A DNA stretch of 37,756 nt, from contig JAKSCP010000398.1 of NCBI GenBank assembly GCA_022360535.1, positions 1 through 37,756 of the forward strand, written 5' to 3'. Positions 18,302-28,158 of this stretch are shown piece by piece (position 1 is the first letter of the stretch; each line of letters opens with the position of its first letter). This DNA comes from Pseudomonadales bacterium (GTDB lineage: Bacteria > Pseudomonadota > Gammaproteobacteria > Pseudomonadales > Pseudohongiellaceae). The translations under genes were made by a program, and so were the position numbers. The notes beneath the pieces are model-generated. The model was given only the letters and a program-made list of their open reading frames with translations. It did not search any database and was not told the DNA's origin.

Positions 18302-19444
18302 CTACTGCAAGGTCTCAATGACCAGCTTTGATAGCGCACCCAACTGATCAGCAGACATATCCAAGGGCAGTCGGACATCAGCGGTTCGTTGCAGCAGGGC
18401 TCGTGTTTTTGGCAGGGATTGTTCACCAACAAACTTCCAGTTCCAGAAACATCTGGCATTAAAAGAATCGAATCCGAACAGGTTCAGCGGCACCCCAATC
18501 TCCCGGCAGCGACTCTGTAACTCCAGAATTTTTTCATCAGAAACATGTTCGAGAACATAGAATTGCAAGCTGTCACAAGCCGGTTCAACCTTGTCGGTGA
18601 AGCTTGGAATTCGAATATGCTCCGACCTGGACAGCTCTTCCACCAGCGCTTGATAGTTGGTGTTGTATTGCTGAACACGGGGCTGAATCTTGGCTACCTG
18701 TGGCAGCAATGCGGCAGCCGACAAATTAGACATACGAAAGTTATAGGTCGGAATGCTGTTCGCCAGACTGGAGAGCCTGTCTATCATCGCCTTTTCAAAG
18801 CGATGCTTCTTGAAGTTCTCCTCGTAACAGCCAGAATGTATCAACGCCCTGGCGGCAACTTCGTCGTTATCGGTGACCAGCAGGCCACCTTCGCCGGCAT
18901 CGAGAAGTTTGTAAGACTGAAAACTAAATGCGGCAGCTAAGCCAAATTTTCCGGTAGGCGTGCCGTCATAGCTGACCCCCATACTGTGAGCGGCGTCTTC
19001 CAGAAGCACAATGTTATGCCGAGAGCAGATATCGAGTACTCGCCCCATATCCGGGACGCGTCCTCGCATGTAGGAGAGCATCAGATAGCGGGTACTGTCA
19101 GAGATCGATGCCTCTAGATGATCAAGATCGATGACATAGTTTTCGTCGACTTCCACCAATACAGGTTCAGCACCTGCCTGCACTATAGCGCTGGGCACAG
19201 CGATGAAGGTAAAGGCTGGGATCAACACCCTGTCGCCTGGCTTTACGCCCGAACTTATCATTGCCACATAGAGAGCTGACGTGCAGGAATTGAGCGCCAG
19301 ACAATGTTTGACACCCAAGGCACCTGCGAACACTGCCTCAAGCTCTGTAGCAGGAGTATCGGCACCTTCCTGATAGCGAAACAACTTACCTTCACGCAGC
19401 GTTCTGACGACACTGTTAACTACATCTTCATCGATACTTCGCAA
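18302..19444 (-). CDS. DegT/DnrJ/EryC1/StrS-family PLP-dependent aminotransferase
   Basis: LNSCTSALYVAM...PGDRVLIPAFTFIAVPSAI...LLEDAAHSMG...FSFQSYKLLDAGEGGLL (PLP lysine in SYK). The track start is a TTG, so the true start is uncertain. Confidence 0.75.
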   Translation of the reverse strand: MRSIDEDVVNSVVRTLREGKLFRYQEGADTPATELEAVFAGALGVKHCLALNSCTSALYVAMISSGVKPGDRVLIPAFTFIAVPSAIVQAGAEPVLVEVDENYVIDLDHLEASISDSTRYLMLSYMRGRVPDMGRVLDICSRHNIVLLEDAAHSMGVSYDGTPTGKFGLAAAFSFQSYKLLDAGEGGLLVTDNDEVAARALIHSGCYEENFKKHRFEKAMIDRLSSLANSIPTYNFRMSNLSAAALLPQVAKIQPRVQQYNTNYQALVEELSRSEHIRIPSFTDKVEPACDSLQFYVLEHVSDEKILELQSRCREIGVPLNLFGFDSFNARCFWNWKFVGEQSLPKTRALLQRTADVRLPLDMSADQLGALSKLVIETLQ

Positions 19445-19628
19445 GATTAAGAATCTCTATATTTGTTGATGTGACCTTACTGCTTGTCTTCCCTTACAGT
19501 TGTTACAACCCATAGAGTCTTTGCAAACAATTCCTGTGCTACACCATTGGCGAACGGTACAATGAAGACGTGATGACAAAATTCAAATGTCATTGTGACG
19601 AGCCGTACGAGCAAGCTAAAACTAGCAC

Positions 19629-20525
19629 ATGATTGAAATTATCGGAAACCGGGCAGTCAAACTTTTTAATCGTGCAGCCAATCAGGTTCACTTTGACTCT
19701 TCAGCCTTAATCGTCTATTGGGACACCTACGCCGGCCCCCTGCCAGATTTCGACGCTGATGCTTATCAGCTTGTTGTACAAATGCTGCCCCGCTCAGCAA
19801 CGAATCCATTTGACGACAAAGGCAGACTCGGAGACATCATGCTTGAGCATGAAAATCTGTTCCCGCGCACTTTCTCCGACATTGATGAGATACCTGACTC
19901 CCTGGCAGACCCTAATGGCATGTGGTTTCTAAAAAATCGTCATGGCGCAGGAGGAACAGAAGTCGAATGCGTGCGACTGGCAAGCGTGCAGAACTCTGAG
20001 CTGAAGCAATACAGTATCCTGCAACAAGCGGTAAAAGACGTTCGACTCTTTGAGAATCGCAAGTACACCATTCGTGCCTACGTCCTTATCTGGAACGGTC
20101 AGGTGTATCTCTATAAAAAATGGTATCGAGTGGTGCATGGTGGGATCTACTCTCCCGATGCTACTGACTACAGCATTCAAGTCTCTCTCCGCTATAGCGG
20201 TGGAGGTACTGAGTTTATGCCGCAGTTTTTCGACGCTTCGGAAGAAGAGAAAGGAGAGTTCGATGCATTGCATAGGGCAAACAAAAGGCTGAAAACGGTA
20301 TTCGCGCCACTTATTGAAGAGTCCAACAGGAACAGCTATTCCTTATTGGGCTGCGACTTCCTTATCAAGGAGTCCGGGGATGCGATACTCATCGAGATCA
20401 ATGCTTACCCAAATCTGGTTCACCTTGATCCTGGTGTGGCCAACCAGGTGAATTTTCCAATGATTCAAGATACCGTAAGGTTGCTCGTTACCGGCGAGCA
20501 ACCCGCCCAGTGGTTAACCCTCTAA
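19629..20525 (+). CDS. tubulin-tyrosine-ligase-like (TTL family) ATP-grasp enzyme
   Basis: WFLKNRHGAGGTEV, QQAVKDVRLFENRKYTIRAYVLIWNGQVYLYKKWYRVV and LLGCDFLIKESGDAILIEINAYPNL follow the TTL pattern (W..KP...G.GI; .KFDLR.YVL...L..Y.Y..G..R; F.L.G.D...D.....WL.E.N..P.L). Confidence 0.6.
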   Translation: MIEIIGNRAVKLFNRAANQVHFDSSALIVYWDTYAGPLPDFDADAYQLVVQMLPRSATNPFDDKGRLGDIMLEHENLFPRTFSDIDEIPDSLADPNGMWFLKNRHGAGGTEVECVRLASVQNSELKQYSILQQAVKDVRLFENRKYTIRAYVLIWNGQVYLYKKWYRVVHGGIYSPDATDYSIQVSLRYSGGGTEFMPQFFDASEEEKGEFDALHRANKRLKTVFAPLIEESNRNSYSLLGCDFLIKESGDAILIEINAYPNLVHLDPGVANQVNFPMIQDTVRLLVTGEQPAQWLTL

Positions 20526-21185
20526 GGCTTCCTTGATGATAGCGTCCACATGCACTTGTGCCGTGTCGATGAATGGGATGTTAGTTGTTTCATCGTAGAC
20601 GATGCTTAAATCAGTACCACCAAGCAGCACCACTTCAGCTCCTTGTTCCCTGATGAGTTTTTCCCCAGCAGCCAAAAGGCGACTTCGTTGGTCTGCAGTG
20701 GCTACTCCAGCAATCGCCATATCGACATAGTCCCGATTAGCTTGCTCCAATTCCTCACCCAGCGGAATAACCGGCTCAAGCTCATCCAACTGTCCATACA
20801 AGGCGCTTTCCATGACTTTTCTGGTGCCCAGTATTCCTGGCTTGCTGATGCCCGCCTGCAACAAATGGTCACGAACCGATCTCGGCCCTTCAATGATTGG
20901 CAATGGCGATAAGGGCGAAAAATCCGGCAAGCAAAAATGGCCGCCCATAGAAGTGATAACAACGCAGTCGGCGCCGGCACCTACAAGTTGTTGAGACACC
21001 CTCAGAAACTCTGCCGCTTGTTCTTGAGAGCAGCCAGCTGCAAGATTTTCAGTCAGTGTCTTGGCACTGCTGTTTACAATGGTCAGATGCAGAGCCTGGC
21101 TTCGCCTGGCGAAACCATCGACTAACTGTTGGTAATAGAAAACTGTTGCAGCAGGCCCGATGCCACCAATCATCCCAATATGCAT
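20514..21185 (-). CDS. Asp/Glu/hydantoin-racemase-fold protein with both canonical catalytic Cys positions substituted
   Basis: MHIGMIGGIGPAATVFYYQQL matches the family N-terminus. The two active-site motifs read GADCVVITSMGGH (versus GAD..I.PCNTAH) and GAEVVLLGGTDLS (versus GA...I.GCTE.S). The 3' end overlaps the TTL-like gene convergently by 12 bp. Confidence 0.7.
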   Translation of the reverse strand: MHIGMIGGIGPAATVFYYQQLVDGFARRSQALHLTIVNSSAKTLTENLAAGCSQEQAAEFLRVSQQLVGAGADCVVITSMGGHFCLPDFSPLSPLPIIEGPRSVRDHLLQAGISKPGILGTRKVMESALYGQLDELEPVIPLGEELEQANRDYVDMAIAGVATADQRSRLLAAGEKLIREQGAEVVLLGGTDLSIVYDETTNIPFIDTAQVHVDAIIKEALEG

Positions 21186-21270
21186 TTCCCACCTCTTTTT
21201 GATTGCAAGCAGCGCTGCAGAAACTAAACCAGGCAGGAAGAAATGACAAACAATGGCGGCAAATTGGAAT

Positions 21271-21300
21271 AAAAAAACGGCGACATCATCGATGCCGCCG
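21271..21300 (-). terminator. rho-independent terminator of katG
   Basis: The minus strand reads CGGCGGCATC-gat-GATGTCGCCG (10-bp stem, one mismatch) followed by TTTTTTT, starting 34 nt after the katG stop. Confidence 0.75.
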
Positions 21301-21333
21301 TCATTGATCTCAATCTAACCAAGAAGATTGGAG

Positions 21334-23574
<2,241 letters not shown>

Positions 23575-23613
23575 TTACTCACACTGAGAACATGGGTTGG
23601 TACAGAAGCTAAG

Positions 23614-23638
23614 ATACCGAGCAGGAATCAATCGGTAT
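23614..23638. promoter_or_regulatory. 7-11-7 inverted repeat upstream of katG (candidate redox-regulator operator)
   Basis: ATACCGA (23614..23620), N11, TCGGTAT (23632..23638) form a perfect inverted repeat 61-85 nt upstream of the katG ATG. An AT-rich stretch follows. Confidence 0.3.
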
Positions 23639-23715
23639 AACGAATAATAACGATAATTTTAATCGAAAAATGCGATCAGGTTGAATGTCGCTGATTCTCT
23701 GGGTCTGCGTGGGGT

Positions 23716-24579
23716 TTAGTTGCAACCGAGAGCCGCCAGCAGCCCGCTGGATTCGGCGACTTGAGATTGGGACGGAAAAAAGCTGAGCCCGGTCATGGAT
23801 TCTATCTGCGCGTAACTCACGCGCTGATCGCACAGCGACTCATGTTGCGCGAGCTCCTGAGGAAATGCGAACGCCACCACGCCGGATTCATCGGAAACGA
23901 TCTTGTAGTAGGCCGCTGGATTCATCTGCGCTGAGCCAGGGCTCAGGCTCAGATTGTTAATGATGTACAGTGGTCCAGTCAGCACATAGAGTTCCTCCTG
24001 CTCTACCGCCAACCGATTGAGTCGTTGCTCCAGACGCAACCAGGGCCCGAGACGCAATGGCGAGGGCATGGGGATCATATTGCTCAGGTTGTTCAGATCA
24101 GACCAGTAAGGGGTGTTGGCGAAACTGGTCATTGGCGCAAGCCGGGCCCGTTGTTCAGGTTCGGTGTCTGGCATCGCCATAGCGGCATAGGGATTATCGT
24201 TGGTAGTAGCGACCTCGGTCAGACTTAGCTCCTTCTCACCAATTTGCAAAATGTCTTCCACCTGGGAAATTCCGACCAGGCGATCGGCCTGCCAACTGCG
24301 GGGCAACAGCGAAGCCACACCTATCGCGTCTTTGGTAAGTCGGTAGGCTACCCAGTCGGCTAATCCCGTGTCTCCATTCAGCCCGGCGGCGTACAGATGA
24401 TGAATCACCACATTGGCGCGAGTGGCAGTCAGTTGCGAATCGTACTGAGGGCACTCACCCTGACAGTGAGTGACTGCCACCGACTGTGAGTAGCCAGGCT
24501 GGTTTAAGCCAAACAAGAGCACGGCGAAACAGATTATTAACGCAGGCCCCAGTCGGTTTATTGAATGTCTGTCTGTCAT
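23716..24579 (-). CDS. Serratia-type (NucA/EndoG family) DNA/RNA non-specific endonuclease homolog with the catalytic His substituted
   Basis: Collinear with the Serratia marcescens nuclease as I recall it: CQGECP...ADWVAYRLTKD...PRSWQAD...QRARLAPMTSFAN..WSDLNNLSNMIPM...GPWLRLEQ...YVLTGPLY...AAYYKIV...LAALGCN. DRGHQAP is replaced by QRARLAP. Start re-called to ATG 24579; the track uses TTG 24600. Confidence 0.7.
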   Translation of the reverse strand: MTDRHSINRLGPALIICFAVLLFGLNQPGYSQSVAVTHCQGECPQYDSQLTATRANVVIHHLYAAGLNGDTGLADWVAYRLTKDAIGVASLLPRSWQADRLVGISQVEDILQIGEKELSLTEVATTNDNPYAAMAMPDTEPEQRARLAPMTSFANTPYWSDLNNLSNMIPMPSPLRLGPWLRLEQRLNRLAVEQEELYVLTGPLYIINNLSLSPGSAQMNPAAYYKIVSDESGVVAFAFPQELAQHESLCDQRVSYAQIESMTGLSFFPSQSQVAESSGLLAALGCN

Positions 24580-24596
24580 TAGCAAAATCACTCTAA

Positions 24597-24968
24597 TCAA
24601 TCATTGGGTTCGGGCACAAATCGCGAACCATCTTCAAAGCTCAGCTCCTGCAAGTACATCGTAAACTGTCGCCGACCCTTACGCCCTGTCGCGACCACCT
24701 TCGAACCAATTGGCAGCTGATCAAAGAACACACCTCTCCTCTCCAGGGTCGTGCGGGCGCCGGATTCCAATAACCAAAATGTCTCCTGCCCTGCTTCATC
24801 TATTTGTTTAATCAACACCGAGGAATGGGGATTTTGATAACGCACTTGCTCAATCACGCCGGTGACAGAGATGATCTCCTGGGTAAAGTTTGCATTGGTC
24901 GAGTGGTGGGCAACCACTGCAGGTGCAAATGCAAGAACCAGCAGCAGGAGTGCAGTCTTGTTCATCAT
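24597..24968 (-). CDS. small secreted protein (DUF6152-like)
   Basis: Signal peptide MMNKTALLLLVLAFAPAVVA, then HHSTNANF...VTGVIEQVRYQNPHSSVLI...FWLLESGARTTLERRG. The start overlaps the upstream stop (ATGATGA at 24968..24962). Confidence 0.55.
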   Translation of the reverse strand: MMNKTALLLLVLAFAPAVVAHHSTNANFTQEIISVTGVIEQVRYQNPHSSVLIKQIDEAGQETFWLLESGARTTLERRGVFFDQLPIGSKVVATGRKGRRQFTMYLQELSFEDGSRFVPEPND

Positions 24969-25678
24969 TGGCCATCTCCCGAGGGTGCATTAAGCTGATT
25001 GAACCAGTCGTAATCTGCATCGGTGCACTCATAGAGTGGAATCTCAGAGCCTTCTATACGCTCAAAGACGTAATCGAGAATAAAGGGTTCCTCATACAGC
25101 GTCTCGTCGATGTAGGTATGAGTAATATGTAATCTACCGTTTTCTATCCATAACTCTTCGACGGTTGTTGTGTTTTCGGACTGAGGCACCCCACGCGACG
25201 TGCGAATGTAACCAGGCGCATGGTTTCTCGATTCAATAACTAATCGATCACCCTCGTAGTAGGCAAATGAAGAGCCCATCTCCTGAAAGTAAGTGCCGTT
25301 CACATTCCTGGTACTTGGCGAAGTAGAAAGCACCGATTCATCGCCCAGAGGTATTTCACGGCGTAGATCATAGAACTCGTAACTTATCAGCACACGTGAA
25401 TCGGTTTGCTCAAACGCAATGCGAACATTGGGGTTTGCCCACACCCGTGACGCGCTGGAAGGTACACAGTAGAGACTTGGATCATCCACCAGCAGGTCAT
25501 AGTCATTCTGGATACGCTGACCTTCCTCGGTTAACCGTAATTCACGCTCCAGGGAGGGACCGCTCAGCATCCAGATTCCAGACAGATCAGGAATGGCGTA
25601 GAGCGCTGAGGAAGTCGCTGACAGGGCCAAGAGCAAGCCGCATTTAAGTCCTGTTGTTATGGTTTTAGCGCCAGTCAT
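24965..25678 (-). CDS. hypothetical secreted protein
   Basis: Start re-called to ATG 25678 (MTGAKTITTGLKCGLLLALSATSSALYA gives a plausible signal peptide). The track ORF extends to 25756. First gene of a three-gene overlapping operon. No family recognised. Confidence 0.5.
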   Translation of the reverse strand: MTGAKTITTGLKCGLLLALSATSSALYAIPDLSGIWMLSGPSLERELRLTEEGQRIQNDYDLLVDDPSLYCVPSSASRVWANPNVRIAFEQTDSRVLISYEFYDLRREIPLGDESVLSTSPSTRNVNGTYFQEMGSSFAYYEGDRLVIESRNHAPGYIRTSRGVPQSENTTTVEELWIENGRLHITHTYIDETLYEEPFILDYVFERIEGSEIPLYECTDADYDWFNQLNAPSGDGQ

Positions 25679-25910
25679 TGTGGTTGTTTTTCGCCATTTT
25701 ACGGGAGCTAGCGGCGAGTCCTGTGCAAGCCACTCATCCCAGTTTACCTTATCCACGTGCCGGAAACCGTGCCAAAAAGTAGCGTTCCCAGCACTTTATG
25801 CCCCAGATTTTGACCTATACCGTAAACCTGAATAAATAGACCTTGTCTGCAGACCGCATGAGCAGTAGCATGCGCCTCTTTCATGCCAAGTTTCATGAGC
25901 CAACACCGCA

Positions 25911-27005
25911 GTGCCTAGACGCGAAAGCAACGCCAGCGAAATCTCGGAACAAATCATCAGCATCTTACAAGAGAAGGAGCTGCTGCCTGCTGATGCTGAT
26001 CAATCAAGCGTCGATGCAATTAACAACCAAATAAGTAATCTACTGGTTCGCAAGGGTTTCCCAGAAGGTGATGTGCGCACCAAGGCGGTTACCGTCCTAC
26101 TCTCCGACATTCGCGGTTTTTCTGCTATCGCCAATTCCCATGCCGCCACTGATGTAGTCGCACTTCTTAATCGTTACTTCCAACGCATGGGTGACATCAT
26201 CTCGCAGTATGGTGGCCGCATCGATAAGCTAATGGGCGATTCTATTCTGGTTGTATTTGGCCTGCCTGAACCAAAGGATGATGATGTTGAGCGCGCCCTG
26301 GCTTGTGCAGTTGAGATGCAACAAGCGATGTCTGAACTCAACGAATACAATCAGAGTGTCAGCATGCCAGATCTGTTTATGGGCATCGGCATCAACTCCG
26401 GTGAAGTTGTGGTTGGGGAGCTGGGATCGGACCACTACAATGAATACACGGTCATCGGTGACGAGGTTAATCTGGTGTCCCGAATCGAGTCCCATAGTCT
26501 GCGTGGGCAAATCCTGATCAGTGAACGCACCTACAAGCTCGCCACTGACTACACCGAAGTTAGCTCACCGAACCAGATCGAAGTAAAAGGTTCCACCAAT
26601 GCTGTGAACCTCTACGAGTTGTTCTCAACGAACCGGCCAAAGCTTTTAGAAGTACCCCGTCGTGAAGAACGGAAGAGCCCACGTGTTACGACTTCGATGC
26701 CCTTGGTCTTTCAGTTACTCAGTGGGAAGATCGTGCAACCGGAAAAGTACCAAGGCATTGTCCTGGACCTTTCCTACAACGGCATGATGATAAGCACCGA
26801 AGAGCGGCTGCCGGTTATGTCTGAAGTCAAAATGTCACTCGCGCTGGAATTATTCGGCGACAAGAAGACAGACGTGTATGCACGTATTCTCAAATCTGAG
26901 CAGAACAACGACCGCTATCGCAGCAGCATGGAAATGACCAACATCAGCCGCGAAGGCCAGGCGGCAATCAAGCAGTACGTCGACCAGTTAATCCTCGCTT
27001 CGTAA
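25911..27005 (+). CDS. class III adenylyl cyclase (Lys/Thr, class IIIb-like) fused to a C-terminal PilZ domain
   Basis: Cyclase core: VLLSDIRGFS and KLMGDSILVVFG (metal Asps, specificity Lys), YTVIGDEVNLVSRIES (Thr at the second specificity position; Asn/Arg). C-terminal PilZ motifs RKSPR and DLSYNG. GTG start. Confidence 0.8.
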   Translation: MPRRESNASEISEQIISILQEKELLPADADQSSVDAINNQISNLLVRKGFPEGDVRTKAVTVLLSDIRGFSAIANSHAATDVVALLNRYFQRMGDIISQYGGRIDKLMGDSILVVFGLPEPKDDDVERALACAVEMQQAMSELNEYNQSVSMPDLFMGIGINSGEVVVGELGSDHYNEYTVIGDEVNLVSRIESHSLRGQILISERTYKLATDYTEVSSPNQIEVKGSTNAVNLYELFSTNRPKLLEVPRREERKSPRVTTSMPLVFQLLSGKIVQPEKYQGIVLDLSYNGMMISTEERLPVMSEVKMSLALELFGDKKTDVYARILKSEQNNDRYRSSMEMTNISREGQAAIKQYVDQLILAS

Positions 27006-27143
27006 CAAACCAATCACTTACCAAAGTACTTCTGGCTGCAATTGATTGCCGAGAGCTTATCTCGACTCAATTAATTGCCAGAACCTGTCGTAATACTCGT
27101 GACGTCACTTTGTTGGAGCGAGCCTGTGAACGACCTGGCCATC

Positions 27144-27581
27144 ATGCAACCGTCAGAAAATCGGTTACTGTGCGTAGACGATAGTACTGACATCACTGAT
27201 ATTCTGCAGGAAATAGGTATCGACGCGGGCTACGAAGTTCGCGTAGTGAACAAGTTCGAGTTAATCACCCATGAAATTGATAGCTTCAATCCTACCGTGA
27301 TCTTTCTCGATCTGAATCTAGGCCCAAATGATGTATTCGACGACAAAGAAATTCCCCGCGAAGGCTTGGAAATTCTAAAGTATCTCGCTGCCAGTAAATC
27401 TCTTGCCAAGATTGTCATTCTCAGTGGTATGTCCCGACGATCGCGAGAACTGAATCGCTACCTGGGCCGGGATCTGGAACTCAATGTGGTCGCCAGTGTC
27501 TCTAAACCCTTTCGCGCCGATTCCATCGGTAAGCTGTTGGATAAGCTTAAAGAAGAACCTCTGACCGCAAGCTTAATATGA
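27144..27581 (+). CDS. stand-alone CheY-like response-regulator receiver
   Basis: LLCVDDSTD (acidic pocket), VIFLDLNL (phospho-acceptor Asp), VILSGM (Ser) and VSKPF (Lys). Start re-called to ATG 27144; the track start at 27075 is a TTG. Confidence 0.75.
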   Translation: MQPSENRLLCVDDSTDITDILQEIGIDAGYEVRVVNKFELITHEIDSFNPTVIFLDLNLGPNDVFDDKEIPREGLEILKYLAASKSLAKIVILSGMSRRSRELNRYLGRDLELNVVASVSKPFRADSIGKLLDKLKEEPLTASLI

Positions 27582-27589
27582 GCTGATGG

Positions 27590-28042
27590 TCAGACTGCAA
27601 CATCAATAAGTTTAACCAGCACAGCCCGGGCTAAGGACCAGCTGATACAAGCAAGAACATCGAGCACAAAAAACTTTCGCCTGCTAAATCCACTGATTCC
27701 TACCACCGCCGGCACAATGCTCCTAATTGCTGGCACAAAACGTCCGACGAATATTGCAAAGCCGCCAAAGCGCGCGATCAATGCATCCGCACGCTGAATC
27801 TGTTGCCCGTACTTTGCCGCAAAGTCGCTGTGATGAAAGCGCGGTCCGATCAGATAGCCCGCGTAGAATCCAACATGATCTCCCGCTAGTGCACCCGACA
27901 TCGCCAAGGGCACTATAAGCTCCAGGCTCGCCACACCAGTGCTGAACAGCACTGAGGCAACGATTAGCAAAAGAGCGCCGGAAACGAATAGCCCTATGCC
28001 CAGGCAGGATTCGAGAAACGCCAAGGCAGGCACCAGCAGCAC
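27590..28042 (-). CDS. DedA-family (SNARE-associated) membrane protein; the start codon is problematic
   Basis: ALAGDHVGFYAGYLIGPRF...RFGGFAIFVGRFVPAIRSIVPAVVGISG is the DedA core. The GTG at 28042 gives only 150 aa. The in-frame upstream 21 codons look like the missing conserved N-terminus but contain no ATG, GTG or TTG. Confidence 0.7.
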   Translation of the reverse strand: MLLVPALAFLESCLGIGLFVSGALLLIVASVLFSTGVASLELIVPLAMSGALAGDHVGFYAGYLIGPRFHHSDFAAKYGQQIQRADALIARFGGFAIFVGRFVPAIRSIVPAVVGISGFSRRKFFVLDVLACISWSLARAVLVKLIDVAV

Positions 28043-28158
28043 TGCCTGCTCCTGGTTGACTTCGATGAAATTGAGTATTGCTTCCTGGATGATCGAGTAC
28101 TTTCGTTAATTCAACTATGCTGCATGTTGAAGCATACGTCCGACTCCAACAACTCGAT

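Noticed and set aside
23639-23660. Fur/PerR box in AATAATAACGATAATTTT upstream of katG
   Set aside because: Only a loose match to the NATWAT hexamer scheme, with several mismatches in two of three hexamers. In AT-rich promoter DNA this cannot be told apart from chance without a genome-wide matrix scan.
23609-23833. 74-aa minus-strand ORF overlapping the nuclease-homolog 3' end and the katG upstream region
   Set aside because: It is out of frame with and overlaps the well-supported nuclease-family gene. Its translation is Arg-rich and low-complexity, and it spans the katG regulatory region.
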